A DNA stretch of 64,000 nt from Haliotis cracherodii (GCF_022045235.1 NW_027266286.1:40052001-40116000); one strand, 5' to 3'. Counted from the first letter of the stretch, positions 47,813 through 61,619 are shown. A program made the numbers and translations. Notes: generated by a model from the letters alone, not told the origin.

Positions 47813-50054
47813 CAGGAGCCTTGTTACTAAACAATATGGCTTCAGAAACAATGTCTGAATTGCAAACATGTTTAATCAACATTTTGCAGCAGAGCTGATA
47901 CCTTTCAGAAGCGAATGGAAGTACTAAACCGACTTTCCAGGAAGTTATTGTCTCACGATAACATCAGATCAATAAAAGCTAATATTCTTTAAAATCATAA
48001 AAATTTTACAACTATGCTTTTTGGGTACGTGTCATCAAGTTGATTAGGTATGGGTGGATGCGGGTAAAACTTATCCAAACTCTGTGTGGGAGTCCGCCAA
48101 AATATACAAGGTGTGGATCTCTCTGGGTTCAGATTGTCCAGTTCCCTTTGTATCACTGATCATTCTCCACTTGGGTACCATAATTTTGTAACCAGCTCTT
48201 ATCCTGCCTAGCTAAATGTACATTGAATTTTCTTTAGGCATAGTATGCAGGTCATCTGCTTGCACTCAGCACAATCTGTTACATTCACAAAATACTGCTT
48301 CAAATGTGCACAATTCTATGTGTGCATGGTATATGAAAAAACAAACATACAAACCTTGGTATATGTTATTATACTGAAATGTACCCTGACCACAACGTGA
48401 TACACGAATGTCGACAACAGCCCTACAACTGGCATGAGATCTACACTAGATGTATACAACCATGGTAATATTCAGGAAATCTGTAATGGAACAGCATCCA
48501 ACTCTCCGTGCCAATGGTGTCCCACAAGAACAAATGAATGTAGACTCGGATTAAAACACTCATGCATTTCAACCACAATTTTGATCTATGTGAGAATAAG
48601 TTAGGTCATGTTTATAAGAATAGGCCATTGGGTGATTGACAGAACGCATCTATGTCTGTGATCGATGTTTCTCCACCATCTAGGCACTAAACAACTGCAG
48701 TTCCCAGACATCGCTAGAGACACATATAAATGGAATTGTAGTTAACACAAACCTTGATAATACTTTTCACTTTATTTGACGTTGAATGTTCTTTGGTTGT
48801 GATGTAAACACGTTATGTTAGTCCTCATCGCGAAACATCAATATTTTTTTAACTCCGCTGGCACAAGAGTTCCCGAACTCGATCGGAATCCGACCAAAAC
48901 GGCACTCTGTGAAACGTTCACTGAACAAAACGGCAACTGGGATTTCAGGTGAACACGAAACAGAAATGTTTTGTCCATGACCGTTTGGTTTAAAAGACAT
49001 TCTAAATGAATACCCACTTGTCTCTCCAAACAAGGTGTTGTATTTCACCAGAACGAATTGCCAGCTATGTGGATGTGTTTTGTTACACATGGGCTTCAAA
49101 ATACCAATACAAATGTATTCGAGAAAAAGAAAATAACACTCACCTCTACCAAGGTTCTAAACAAGTAAAAAATGTAGAACTGAGTTGAATGTATATTGGG
49201 TATATTGGGTAATTCATTGGTTAATACAGCCTACAAGAAACCATACTTAAAAGAGGCGCACATACAATAATGTTAGTGAGCCATAAAGCGGGTCCACTGC
49301 CTCTGTCTATACATTGTACTTAGCTTCTCATTAAGGTTCTCATTAAGTCCATAATACACTTTTAATTCACAAACAAAGTAATGTCACTGTGAGACTTATA
49401 TAAAACACGCGGGGACTCTTAATTTGCCCGACACCTAGTCGATCTCCCAGACACCAGAGAATATATCAAGAAACGAATACAACTCAAGTCTTTTGAATAA
49501 TTTGGCAAATCTAGACTGCCTCAGCCCTGAATTAAGCATAGTTCTGGGCTCCTCTTGGATTGTATTTTATATTTCGTAGACATATATTTTTAAATAACAT
49601 TACTACCTTTCTGAGACTAAAAGTTAGTCTATACCACAGCATGTGTGGGCGTGTACCAAGGAATTACTTCCAGAAACTCCTCACAGCGCGAAAGGTCTGT
49701 GAACGTTTGAGCTTTGCCAAGCAGGGCTGCTTTTGAAATGGTACAAAGGCCGTAGTTAACCTTTTCTGACAAGTGGGTGTCGCAATTTTCCCCTTAAAAA
49801 TAACAAATTTATTTGATTTTCAATTAATATTATGCAATGTGAAATATATGCATGCATATATCTAGGAATTTACGCATCTGATAGGTGAACGGATTTTAAT
49901 CATAAAAGAAGCTCCACTCTTTTGCATATATTGCTGGCTACACCTTTCAAAATGTTTACCCTTTTATGTACATAACACGCTTCTCCACTCCTGGGAAAGT
50001 ACATCTTAATCTACTCTACTGTATAAACACTGCCTCCTACCTGTATATATATAT

Positions 50055-50227
50055 GGGATCGGTTTGTCAGGCTACCTGACTTGGTTGATGCATGCCATCG
50101 ATCCCAATTGCGTGGATTGATGCTCATGATATCAATAACTGGAGTATCTGGTTCAGACTCGATTATTTACAAACCGCCGTCATATAGCTGGGATATTGCT
50201 GAATGCGGCGTTAAACAACAAACAAAC
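50055..50227 (+). mobile_element. SINE-like family B, 5'-truncated
   Basis: Homologous to 56410-56588. Confidence 0.8.
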
Positions 50228-50242
50228 TTTGCAACGTAAACC

Positions 50243-50676
50243 CATCTTCCCGAGACACGAGATCGAGTTAACTGACTTTAAAAGTCGAAGCCTCTCCTGG
50301 ACCAATCAGATATTCCACCTCTCATATCACTTGCATTTGCTTCAAACAAAATGGCGCCGTCCAGTCAGGACGATCTGCTCGATAATCAAGATTTATATTG
50401 TGATAAAACGGGTCTTACATCGCGAAATGCATCAAATCACATGAGCACCTTGATTAAAAACATGAACAGATTTTGAAAATATCTGTTGACAACGCGTTGT
50501 CTGCACGACAGTTTACGAACCGGATTTCGATTTCGATGCGCGATTTTGATTAGACTATGCACAGATTCGTTAGATATCTAGTCCAGCCAAATTGTGACTC
50601 CATAATTCCAGCCTAGTTCGGCAAGGGTGGAAACTGGACTTTTATAGTCAGTTAACTCACTTGCCTCGGGAAGATG
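50243..50676 (+). mobile_element. MITE family M with a 9-bp TSD
   Basis: TSD ACGTAAACC at 50234-50242 and 50677-50685; CATCTTCCCGAG / CTCGGGAAGATG ends. Confidence 0.9.
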
Positions 50677-50844
50677 ACGTAAACCATACTCTGTTCATAA
50701 CATGCTTGATAGCAGTGTTAGAACCTACACCGAAACGTCGCTCCCAATTGTAATAATGAAGTTGTTCATCCATATATCTTATCCTTACTCATAAAAGATA
50801 GCTGAGATTTTTCCAGTCACATTTAAAATTATACACATGGAAAG

Positions 50845-52868
50845 AATGTTGCATTTTTCTCACTTTCTATTTAAACTTAGTTTAACTGTACAAACGTAGG
50901 TGATTTTAAAACAATACACGGATTTCTGCTTAAAAAGTAATTAATTGATTTATGGCCCTATGAGGAGTTTTATGGGATCCCCCGCCTACAGGCCCAGTAA
51001 TCAAAACAATCAGCAAATAACACCGCTTATTTGCGCTGAGGAGTGTGCTTCCTAAAAAAACTATAGCGTATTCTTAAAAAACAACACTTAGGTTATATCA
51101 ATGTTTATTATGTTTGCGGAGTAGATGTCATCAAACTGGAAGTCTTCATCCCAGCAATGGTAACACTACCGGATGTTCATTTTCACTTCTAGTGTTTGAA
51201 TGACATAATGTGGAAATAGATTGTTGATTGTTTTTATATTCAAGTTGATATTTCCGCAATTCAAAGTCTGCAGTGAGGCCGTCTTATCAACAGTCATTTC
51301 TGTGACAAAAATGCAAAGTTGAATTAATTAAGTCCACTCACATTTTTGCATTTAATTAACACCAGCATTAATTTCAAGATTTACAGTATACTATTCAAAA
51401 GAAGTTAAAGAACACCCTATTCTCTCATATGACTATGGATTGTCATGAGAGAAAGCGATAAAGGCAATATTTGTTTTCTTGTAGTGTAGTAAATCAGCAA
51501 GATTCTCAGACAACAACAGAATAGTCGCTATTCATATACTACCCCATTCTTCCTTCAATTTTAAAACTGAAACTTTAAAGGATACATTGAACAGGAACAA
51601 ATAATAATTTACAAATAGACCATACATTGACAGATAATTGTCAGTATTTTCAGCCACTGTTTGTATTCTTTGCATTGTCAAAAGAATTATTTTGAAGGTT
51701 AACAGATTTGGAGTGAAGCCGAATACGTGCTCGTCCGATTACGGGATGATAACTATATTGATAAAGATGCATGAACATTATGCAGACAAACGCTATACAT
51801 GTACATTGTTATGTTTCCCTTAAAAATACAGATCGACTAGATATATGTTTTCACCTTAAGTCACATATACGTCATTCACCCGTAACCACATTCCTTGGAC
51901 AATAGAAATTTAATGCGTTGTAACTATATTATTTTAAAACAACTCGATCAACATGTCTTCGGGAATTACATTTCCAATGTTAATGTGCTTGTAAAATAGA
52001 GTCGAACTTTCCCGACATGTGTGAATAGATATCCAATTATAGTATAGGCTTTTTGTTCAAGCAGGAATATTTATGTTCATGTAATAATTCTCTATCTATT
52101 GAACTGTATGGTTGTTATCAATTGTGAGTTATGTAATTATCTACCACATAGACCCACTCACTAATCAGGATGTCTCTCCATGTGTGTAGTTTACTCAAGT
52201 CCGCGTATCAACTGTGATAAAACCATTGTCACAGCGATGGAGGCAGTGGGATAACCTAGTGGTTAAAGCGTTCGCTCGTCACTCCGAAACCCATGCATGC
52301 AGGTTCGGTTCCCCGCATGCGTACAATGTGTGAAGCCCATTTCAGGTGTTCCCCGCCGTGATATTGCTGGAATATTGTTAAAATCGACTTAAAACCGTAC
52401 TCACTCACTCACATCGGTCTTTATCAAATGACTATATACAAGTACATGTACTTGCAAATTTGCACAAGACAAGAGACTCAATACAAGTTGATCATAAATC
52501 AAATGTCAAAAGGAATATTTACGGACAACAGTATGACACACTGTAACATAATATTCTACTCAAAACAAGTTAAAGAACACCCACAATAATGAGATTGTAT
52601 TTTGCAATACAATCAGCCATGACTGCATGATTAACCATAATCTTTTAAACTTCTTTTGAAAAGTATGTGTATAGATTTTAACCTGATTCAGTTAGAGTCG
52701 TATTGCACTGACCCGTCACACGCTTTCGGCGAGATGGTCACATAAAACTAAATAGGGCCCTAGATCAATCAATTACATTTTACGCAGAAATCTGTGGGTT
52801 GTTTTAAAATCACCTACGTCTGTACAGTTAAATTATAATTTAGTAAATAGTGAGAACATTTCAACATT
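50845..52868. mobile_element. About 2-kb element bounded by about 115-bp imperfect inverted repeats
   Basis: TTTAACTGTACAAACGTAGGTGATTTTAAAACAA at about 50881 versus TTGTTTTAAAATCACCTACGTCTGTACAGTTAAA at about 52799. Confidence 0.65.
52239..52412 (+). mobile_element. SINE family A
   Basis: Homologous to 23394-23560. Confidence 0.85.
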
Positions 52869-53510
52869 ACCCCAATTGAAACAGAAAAAACACATGCGAC
52901 CCCTACAGTGTTCAAGAGGGGATATTGCTTTAGCGAGAAAGCGACAGAGCAAGAAAACATGTCCCCTCTCGGCCACCATATATACGCCCACGGGTAGTTT
53001 GTCAGTGTTTTCCTTTGATGTTTAATGCTTCATTCTGCAATATTCCACTTTTATAACGGCGGCTCGAATCTTCACGGGTGGGGGTTGTAAACTGCCTGGT
53101 AAAAGAAATTATACACCCATGTTTGATGGTGGCTGAATTAAAACAAACAAGAAATGGTGATTCGCTGGTGATGTATTTAATACCGGGTATCAGAGTTGTG
53201 GTTGGACCTTAAGGTTGCTGTGTTTCGGCGACTGTGTTAAGCCCTAGTAACGTTTTGATAACGTTTGTATTTGTTCGTTCTAATCCAATTTAATCAGAAA
53301 TATATACACTGTTGCGGGAAGATTGATGGGGTATGCTATTCTACGTTTGTCGGGACCATAGTTATTCTGGGCAGTGTATCGTTGGGACAGACAAGGCCCC
53401 ATCCATGTCATGCTTATGCATGCTCTTTGCTACAACGACCTGATCACAATGAAAACAATGCCATATGGTGTCATCGTCTGTCATGTCCTCTTACTAGGAT
53501 ACCAATGATG

Positions 53511-53682
53511 TTTTGTTTGTTTGTTTGTTGTTTATCGCCGCACTCAGCAATGTTCCAGCTATATGACGGCGGTCTGTAAATAATCGAGTCTGGACCAGAC
53601 AATCCAGTGATTGATATCATGAGCATCGACCGACGCAATTGGGATCGATGACATGCATCAACCAAGTCAGCGAGCCTGACCA
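53511..53682 (-). mobile_element. SINE-like family B, 5'-truncated
   Basis: Homologous to 56324-56588. Confidence 0.85.
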
Positions 53683-54224
53683 GTGATGTAAACGTATATC
53701 AACAGTGATGTGTTAATTCTCCCATCACTGTAATCGACGTTCTTAATGCTTACTCCCTACTCATGGATCACCAAATATATACTGCCAATATATATACCTG
53801 TGACTTATAGACTCTTAATGGCTAATCACCCAACCTCTCGCTGTGCCAAGAAGAATTGTAATGCTTATTGTACCATGGGCCACTGGCCTCCAAGTACCGA
53901 AATGCAGTCTCATGTCTCTCATGTCCATACAACCTTGCAGGTGTTGATAGAGGAACTGACACAACAATGACTATGTATTGGCCTTTGCTGTACTGTGACC
54001 AATGGACTATTAATGATAAAGAACTTACCACAAAAGAATATATTCATATACACGATACTTATTCCATATCAATTTCCTGCCGTATATGGATCAGAGGAGG
54101 TGAGGTGAGGAGAGGTGAAATGGACTTTAACGTCCAGTCCAAGATTATTGCACTTTTATTGAAAAGTGCATGCACGTGTGCGTGTGCGTGTGCGTGTGTG
54201 CGTGTGCGCGTGTGTGCGTGTACT

Positions 54225-54473
54225 AGTACGGACTGATGCCGATTTTATAGTGCTATCCCATTGAGATACCATGCTGCATGTAATTGAACAAGAACATCTA
54301 TACTGACTCCGTGCCGACCAGTATATACTTGTTTTAGCGCATTAATGTCTTACGCTAGACAAGTAAAAATTAGTACCATCTTTTGACGTCTTTTGGTATG
54401 ACGCGGCCAGGGATCAAATCCCGGCTCTGCGGGCGGACGCTCTAGATCGACCCACTTGACCACGGAGGCGGTC
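54225..54473 (-). mobile_element. tRNA-derived SINE with a Meta-like central domain
   Basis: The minus strand begins ACCGCCTCCGTGGTC..GAGCGTCCGCC and contains GTCATACCAAAAGACGTCAAAAGATGGTACT; the family assignment is from recall. Confidence 0.6.
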
Positions 54474-55721
54474 TGCATCAGATGAGAGATAGGTTGTCAT
54501 TTAAAATAGTTAATTCAACTCTTGGAGGTGGACGCCAAGGATGCGACTGGTCTTGTAGGTGGACACCTAGATTTCAACAATGCACATTTGGAACTCAAAT
54601 GTCTCCTTGACAAAAAGTAATAGGCATGATTAGGCCCTGCGGGTTGCTCGTGATCTAAACAAGTTATTTAGTTTGATTTTAAGATAATGGAATTTGCATG
54701 GGCAAACCGGTGACATGACAAATACAGCAGGGTCTGGGAAGACGCACACAATTGCAGTCCGGTAACAGCTAGAGGACTCACAGCACCCAGAGGTAGATTC
54801 AGGATCCTCCCAATTGTGTGTTTACTTGTTCGAACTGTGCGCAATTGGTTGAAAGATGACGATTGAAATGAGCATGGCGTCGTAACATCGTCCAAACGTT
54901 CAGTGACGTATTGAGGATTCTTTTCGACTGGTCGCAGTCGTGTGAGGGGACAAGCTCATGGAAGCTACCAGCAGCGTACCAGGTCATAACACGACATTAT
55001 TTGGTGGCTGCTCCCTAATGGTGTTGACTGGCACCACCTACACTTCGTTATCTGATGACCCGATTAGTCGTTAGTTTGAATTTCAACATAGTAGTATGTT
55101 GTTATATGCAGTGCAATTTATTGTTAAACATGGTTGTAATTGTATAACATTGTTTCTGTTGAGATTCAATAAAAGTTTATTGAATTTTGACAATATTTAG
55201 TTGTCAGGAACGCACTACTATCTAATGTAAGCAGTGCTGTGGCGGTTACTATATTTAGATGCCAGTGTGATCTAGAAACTTCCGGAACAGCTAGACTCGC
55301 CCAGACACATAGAAACTTCTGGAATATAATTAGACTATACAAGAGGGACAAGCGTGTGTCTCTCTCATCTCACATTACCTCAAGACCAACGGTTGTGTAA
55401 AGATAATTGTTTTTACCCTGGCTATCCACCCAAGGCGTATTTTGGAAGCTTGACCACTGTTTCTGCGAGGTGAATATTATTACAATTGATATCATAATAT
55501 ATTGTGCCTATGTACTTGTACAGCCATTCTACTGTGTTCTGCCATTGTACTTGATGTGCAGTAAATTGTATTTGTGAAGCTAGTTAATTTAATAAAAAAC
55601 AATTGTTAATTGTATACCATTTCTTTGTTGTTTGTTGATTTCACATTGAATTCTGGTGTGTACAGATTTCTGGGTTAAGTTATTGTTTCAATTTCGACAC
55701 GTAACAGTATCAAAGGATGTT

Positions 55722-55723
<2 letters not shown>

Positions 55724-55788
<65 letters not shown>
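55724..55788. repeat. (GA)n microsatellite
   Basis: About 32 GA units. Confidence 0.95.
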
Positions 55789-55791
<3 letters not shown>

Positions 55792-56323
55792 GACCCATTG
55801 TTAAGGTGGTTTTTTTAGATGCCTTGCCTTTGTATGTGTTTGTGACTGGTGCCACCGATGGGGCAGGATACACTCACCTTTTCGCGAACACTATTTGATA
55901 GTGATTTTTATATGTTGCAAATGATATAGTCGGAATCGTACAGTCGACTCTAATTTTGGCAGATATTTCTTTTGAATATGAAAAGGGGTTTGGTGCTTTT
56001 ATTTACTGTACACCGAACCTTTTAGTAACATGTCTCAGAAATAAAGGTTCTTTAAGATACAACAACCATTTTAATGAGGCCATTATAAACATATCATGCG
56101 CATGATAAACTATCCTTCAGCAAACACACATCAACTAAATGAATCGGGTGGTGAGGCTCGGTGACTTGGTTGGTTGTCACCGTACCCCCACTGTGTAGAT
56201 CAAATTTCTCATGACACCAATCACCGGATTGTCTTGTCAAAACTTCGAATATTTATATGCCCTCTCATAGCTGGAATATTTGATGAGTATGGCTTTAAAC
56301 AATAACATGTATATATCGTCGTG

Positions 56324-56588
56324 TGACCCTTGAATATCCGGGGTAGAATAGGTCTTCATCAACCCATGCTTGCCGTAAAAGGCGACTATGCTTGTCGTAA
56401 GAGGCAACTAACGGGACCAGGTGGTCAGGTTCGCTGACTTGGTTGATACATGTCATCTTGACCCAATTCTGTGGATCGATGCTCATGATGTCAATCACTG
56501 GACTGTCAGGTCTAGACTCGATTATTTACAGACCGCCGTCATATAGCTGGAATATTGCTAAGTGCGGCGTAAACAAAAAAAACAACAA
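56324..56588 (+). mobile_element. SINE-like family B, near full length (a degenerate copy precedes it at about 56143-56300)
   Basis: GACCC.TGAA.ATCCGGGGTAGAATAGGTCTTC ... GCTGGAATATTGCTAAGTGCGGCGTAAACAA. Confidence 0.85.
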
Positions 56589-56602
56589 CGCTGGTACGTC
56601 CA

Positions 56603-56711
56603 GGGTCTGGGTCCACAAAGCGATATTAGCTCAAAGGTAATCGTAGCTCCCATTCTTTAACCTAGGTTTACGATAGTAGTAACACTAAGATCCCTTCGTG
56701 GGATGGAGCCT
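56603..56711. mobile_element. About 110-bp MITE related to the Harbinger-like element at 47139
   Basis: TCCACAAAGCGAT.TTAG ... CTAAGATCCCTTCGTGGGA inverted ends. Confidence 0.55.
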
Positions 56712-59017
56712 AGGTCGGACATGACGTCGCCCGACATGCCAGGGTAGTGATCACGGAGTTCCAACTAGACCCCACTCGTGGAATGTCCCAGTAGGAGAGG
56801 GGGTACACGTTCCCCACAACACAGATTGTTTTCTCCCCACTGATAAACAACAATGTCGAACTTATTGTACGATCACGGCCCAGTGTTAGCTCCCCTGCCA
56901 CTCATCGCCAGGTGTCTGTGGGTGAAGCACTTTGATTGAGTGTTACGTCGTAGTCGGACAAGTCAATGCGGATCACCTATACCTGATAAGAAATAATTCA
57001 TATTAAGAATATACACCGGCAGAGTTAGAGAGGTATCGGGTATTGGGTATTACATTCTGTTTGTTACTGAGCCTCGGACTTCCTGCTTATACACAGCAGT
57101 GCAGGGATTGTTTTTGGCCATATGAGCTTATTGGAGAACCATCCCACACAGACAATATAATGTTGACCTGTTTGTATTGAAAATAAAATGACGCACTCTT
57201 ACAAACGTGGAGCCGCTTTGACACGCTCTCTAGGCTGTAAGAAACACTGGATCCCACATACAACAATTGAACATTCACAATGCATTGGGTGAAGGTAACA
57301 GTATACCGTCAACTGGGGGCGGTTTAACGCGATTAGTGTACAGTATATCCACTTAGCGATATCATTTCTGTGCAGGAAACAACGGAGTCCCAGACATCCA
57401 TGGATGGATTATCCTAATCTGACGAGAGTGGTTGGTAATCCAGCGTCAGGATTATAGCACAGGTCGGTATCGACTGCCAGGCATATATCACGCTGACTGA
57501 CTGAGTGACTGGCGGCTTGGCGGAGGCGATTCGAAGTGTTCGTTTGTCAGTAGTGTACTAACAAGTCTGTATAAACAAAGGGCCTGTATTTCATGTTCTA
57601 ACTGTGCGATAAAACCCCACTTAAGGACTTTGTCATTCTACTGCCCCTTAGCTGTAGAACTCTCAGTTGGATGGTCGATAGTCAGGTGAGTACAGACTTT
57701 TCTGTGACGCAGTTGGTTTGAACATGGCATATATTTCATTTGGATATATTTACTGCAAATACTTGAGCTGTTTTACATGTTGTAACAAATGATCAATATC
57801 AGCTGACGGTGTGCCCGACAAATTGACATCTCAAAGACGCAACACGTTAATAACAGTTTGAGGGACATCAAAAACCGTTATATATGCAGTTCTGCCGTCT
57901 AATGGATCACGACTCAGCTTACTCGTCACTCACCAATCTTTAACGCGTCAAACTGTCTTTGTGTGAACACTATGTCAGTAGCGTAGCATGTTTAAAAGGC
58001 ATGTGTATACACCGGTCTGTTGACTAATTTCTGACTGTGTATAAACGTTAAGCTAAAGTTAACAAAGAAACACTATTACTAAAAAAAAGCCACACCTACA
58101 CCCGCAGCCACCCATCGAACAAAGAAACAACATAAACATTCAACAACATATGTAATTTAACCCGCTGGATTAAAAAAAATATCTTCTACACTTCGCTGTG
58201 TCCGTTCCTAAGATCTTAAATACGTAAGCGCTTTTCAGCCAACGCGCTTTTCACAGAGGGACTTTATCAATGGTAGGTTGCTTTGTGAAGCCCTTTCATG
58301 GCTGGCCAGACGAACTATATTATGTCAAACACTGGGCAGAAAGGCTGTAGGCAAGGGGTTGAAATCTCAATATCGGATTAGGGTTAATTCCTTTGCCGTT
58401 TGTCAAGAGGTTTTTGTGCGAGTGCCATGTAAGAATCTATAGTTGAAAGTAGATGAATTAACCCATGTTCCGCTAACCGCGGCGATCTCATCTCACTGAT
58501 TACAAGGGTTATATATAATTGTCGCCAGGCACGCGAATATTTCAATCAGATAAAAGATGTCTGAAATGAAAGCGATCTCACCCAGTCACTGCTTGTCGTC
58601 TAGTAAGTTACCAACACAAACGTAAGCTACATGAAGGGTTAATCGACAGCGATGATCGAGAGTTGTGTTTCTACTGCACATGCTATGTACACACCACATA
58701 TGTTGTGTAGGAGAAGTTCCGTGGCATACTTGTATCGAGCTATTTATTACTGTAATCAGTCTGTGTAAGTACGTTTACATAAAACGTTTCTTTATACTTA
58801 TATATAATTTTTATTTTTTAGATGAAATGTTCCATATCGTTCCCGTACCCGGGCAATTTATGATATTGGTCATATCCACCTGATAATTTTGCTCTTTTTC
58901 TTTATTGCAGTAATTGCGATCCTCTCACCACAAGCATATAACAAGATGTCCTTGATGAGGGGTTGACGAGGGGTGGTTCCTGATCATATCACCCAAGTGA
59001 CCTATCAACCCCCCATA

Positions 59018-60616
59018 ATGCCGGTGGCCGTGGAGAAGAAGGTGATGTTCTCACCCGAGTGTCTGGAGAAGTCACCAGACATCGACGCCAGTTCCGTTAT
59101 ATTCCAGACACTGGTGCCCCGACGCCGGAGAGACCGGTGGGGTCGTGACACAACAAGTCAGTCTGACTATTTGCTGTCTGCTACATTATTTCCCACCGGG
59201 GTCAGGGCGCCTGCCCTCGAGGAGCTGCAGCAAAAGTGTGGCCCCATTAGTCGAATTGAAAATCCCAGAGTTGTCCCCAGGGGGATTATAGCCTCGGAGT
59301 CTTGGCCTGGGTCAGGACCGAAAGTGCTCACCCTGCGGAAAGGGAAAGAGAGCCCGCCTGACAGCCACCGGTCATCGCAGAACAGGTCTGAAGCTTTGCA
59401 CTGCAACTTCCGGTCATACCATTGGTCACAGATGATGAAGAAGAGAGATGTCCGAGATCCTATGTATATCAATACCTACTGTCCAGATGAAAGACCGCTT
59501 CGGTTTAAGGAAACGTCCTTCCCGCGGATTACCAAGGGCAGACCATGGTCGGTCGGGGAATCTAATCCTTCAAAACGATTTGTGAGGGTAAGGGATGAGA
59601 GAAAGAGTGCTGGCCAGCTGACGTCTAAAACCAGAGTTCAGGGGACGCCACTGCACCCGTCTAGGGAGGCGTTCCACACAGTTGCTAACAAGGAGGACAG
59701 TGAACAGTATTTTGAAGTGAAGCGCGTGTCAGCTGATGAGAGAAGTCGACCCAGGGGGCAGGGGACGTGTCTGTACTCGCAGGTTCGTCAGTGTATAAGG
59801 CTAGCAAGGAATCATGACCCTAGACGGGGGAAAAAGATTGAGCGGCCGATGAAGTCTGAGATAGGCAAATACAGACCATTCTCCACAACCCGGATCCGCA
59901 CCCCCTGTGCCTCCCCGCAGCCGCATTCCTCCTACAAGGAGCATGATTCGGCCGACACGTATCGAAGTTACGTCATTACGAAAGCTCTTCAGACCAAGAT
60001 GAGCGGATCAAGGTCAGCGGGCACTATTGCTAGTGGGGTCGTGGCCCGCAACAACACTGCCGCATCTACGTACTTTGATGTCGAATCTCAAGTGGTTCAA
60101 TCAGTGGCAGATAGCAACATGCCAGACAGTGACTGTAAAACATTAAGTGGGGTGTCTCACGACTCGGAGCTGGGGCCAGTGACCAGGCACCAACACGACC
60201 CCCTGATAATGGGGCTTGACATTCGTGGGTCCACCATCGTCCCACCGAAGTCGAGCAAATCAAAAGCATCAGATTCAGACTACAACGACAAACCCGTGGT
60301 CACTTTCAGTCCCAAGAAAGAAGCGATTACAACGAGATGCCGCAAAAGATCCAAGACGTCCACCAAGTCAGGACTGAGTGGTCATAGTGATGTGAGCATC
60401 CCGGCGGAGGGGCTGACCACCCCTCGCCAGGAGGAGGACATCCTTCCCGAACCCGTCCCCATCCAGTTGGACGAGAGTGGGAACCCCACCATCTGGCAAC
60501 ACGACCCCCTCCCACGGGACAGCCCGGACTCCAGCGTCATCAAGATCCCTGCTGCCTTGTCCATGCTGAGTATAGAAGATACGGAGGACACGGACACCCA
60601 CGACGAAGGCTTCTGA
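59018..60616 (+). CDS. Uncharacterised protein (about 532 aa, basic/Ser-rich, acidic C-terminus), single coding exon
   Basis: Long GC-rich ORF in an AT-rich context; strong acceptor ...ctttattgcag at 58910; candidate upstream donor CAG/gtgagt at 57686; AATAAA at 61233. No domain recognised. Confidence 0.7.
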   Translation: MPVAVEKKVMFSPECLEKSPDIDASSVIFQTLVPRRRRDRWGRDTTSQSDYLLSATLFPTGVRAPALEELQQKCGPISRIENPRVVPRGIIASESWPGSGPKVLTLRKGKESPPDSHRSSQNRSEALHCNFRSYHWSQMMKKRDVRDPMYINTYCPDERPLRFKETSFPRITKGRPWSVGESNPSKRFVRVRDERKSAGQLTSKTRVQGTPLHPSREAFHTVANKEDSEQYFEVKRVSADERSRPRGQGTCLYSQVRQCIRLARNHDPRRGKKIERPMKSEIGKYRPFSTTRIRTPCASPQPHSSYKEHDSADTYRSYVITKALQTKMSGSRSAGTIASGVVARNNTAASTYFDVESQVVQSVADSNMPDSDCKTLSGVSHDSELGPVTRHQHDPLIMGLDIRGSTIVPPKSSKSKASDSDYNDKPVVTFSPKKEAITTRCRKRSKTSTKSGLSGHSDVSIPAEGLTTPRQEEDILPEPVPIQLDESGNPTIWQHDPLPRDSPDSSVIKIPAALSMLSIEDTEDTDTHDEGF

Positions 60617-61619
60617 CCGCTGTCAGACCCTTGGCACTCAATTGACCAACAGCACTTTAAGGTTGGATTAGCCATGTATAGTAGAGACAATGACAACCAT
60701 GTGCAGTATAGGGTGTTTTTGTGATATTATCTTTACAATTCATGCATATTCTGATTGAAAGCACTTGATTCTGAATTTTGATAGTGTATAAGAAGGAAAC
60801 CTAAGACTAAAGGTCGATGTTTTAAAGGACCTCTTCCCCTTGAGAACCACTTTAGTATACCATGATGGTCGTCCCGTTGGCGAACTAAAGTATACACACG
60901 AACATGCATATATACCGTTGTATATATTTAAGATGTTCAGTGTTGTGGTACTTCAACGAAAGGTATTTCAACCGTATACTCAATTATATTTGATTCTCGT
61001 GAACATCCTTGCAATGGACAAAATGTCATCTGTTTATAAACATGGAATACAATGAAAAGGATCATCTTCATATTTTTATACTTGTAATACTATTTCATGA
61101 TAGTTCATGGTTTTGCTATCATAAGTCAATATTGCCTTACTAGTGTTACCATGCACGAGTGTCTATAGACTAAGATATAATCTATGGGATTTTTTTAATT
61201 ACACAATGCATTTTTTCTTCTAAAATTAAAACAATAAATGTTCCTGATGCTGATTTCATGTGGAATAGAGCTGGCTAGACTTGCTTTTATATACATCTAG
61301 ATTGGTTTTGTGTTAAAAAATACATATAATACACAGTCATGATGCATGAGTAGAGTGTCTATTATTATTTTAAAGTCACCATCATCAAATCTAATCACAC
61401 TTATGAGAAGTTAACTTCAAAGCAAGTGAAAAGATAGATATATTGACCTCTCCGATATGAACACAACACAGGCTCAATACACGACGACGGCCGGTTGTAC
61501 GGAAGCCCACACAGGACACGGCCATGCAGGAGGGAGTGGGATAGATGGGATAAGCGCCGCTTTGAATAGTATTTCACGGTGTGTCAGTTTAATGTGGAAG
61601 GAAAGGTATTATGTGGAGA

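Noticed and set aside
55031-55080. Second hammerhead (CTGATGA)
   Set aside because: No correctly placed GAAA or stem I.
55202-55706. Solo LTR (TGTCA...TAACA with internal AATAAA)
   Set aside because: Plausible, but there is no matching TSD or second copy in the window, so it cannot be supported.
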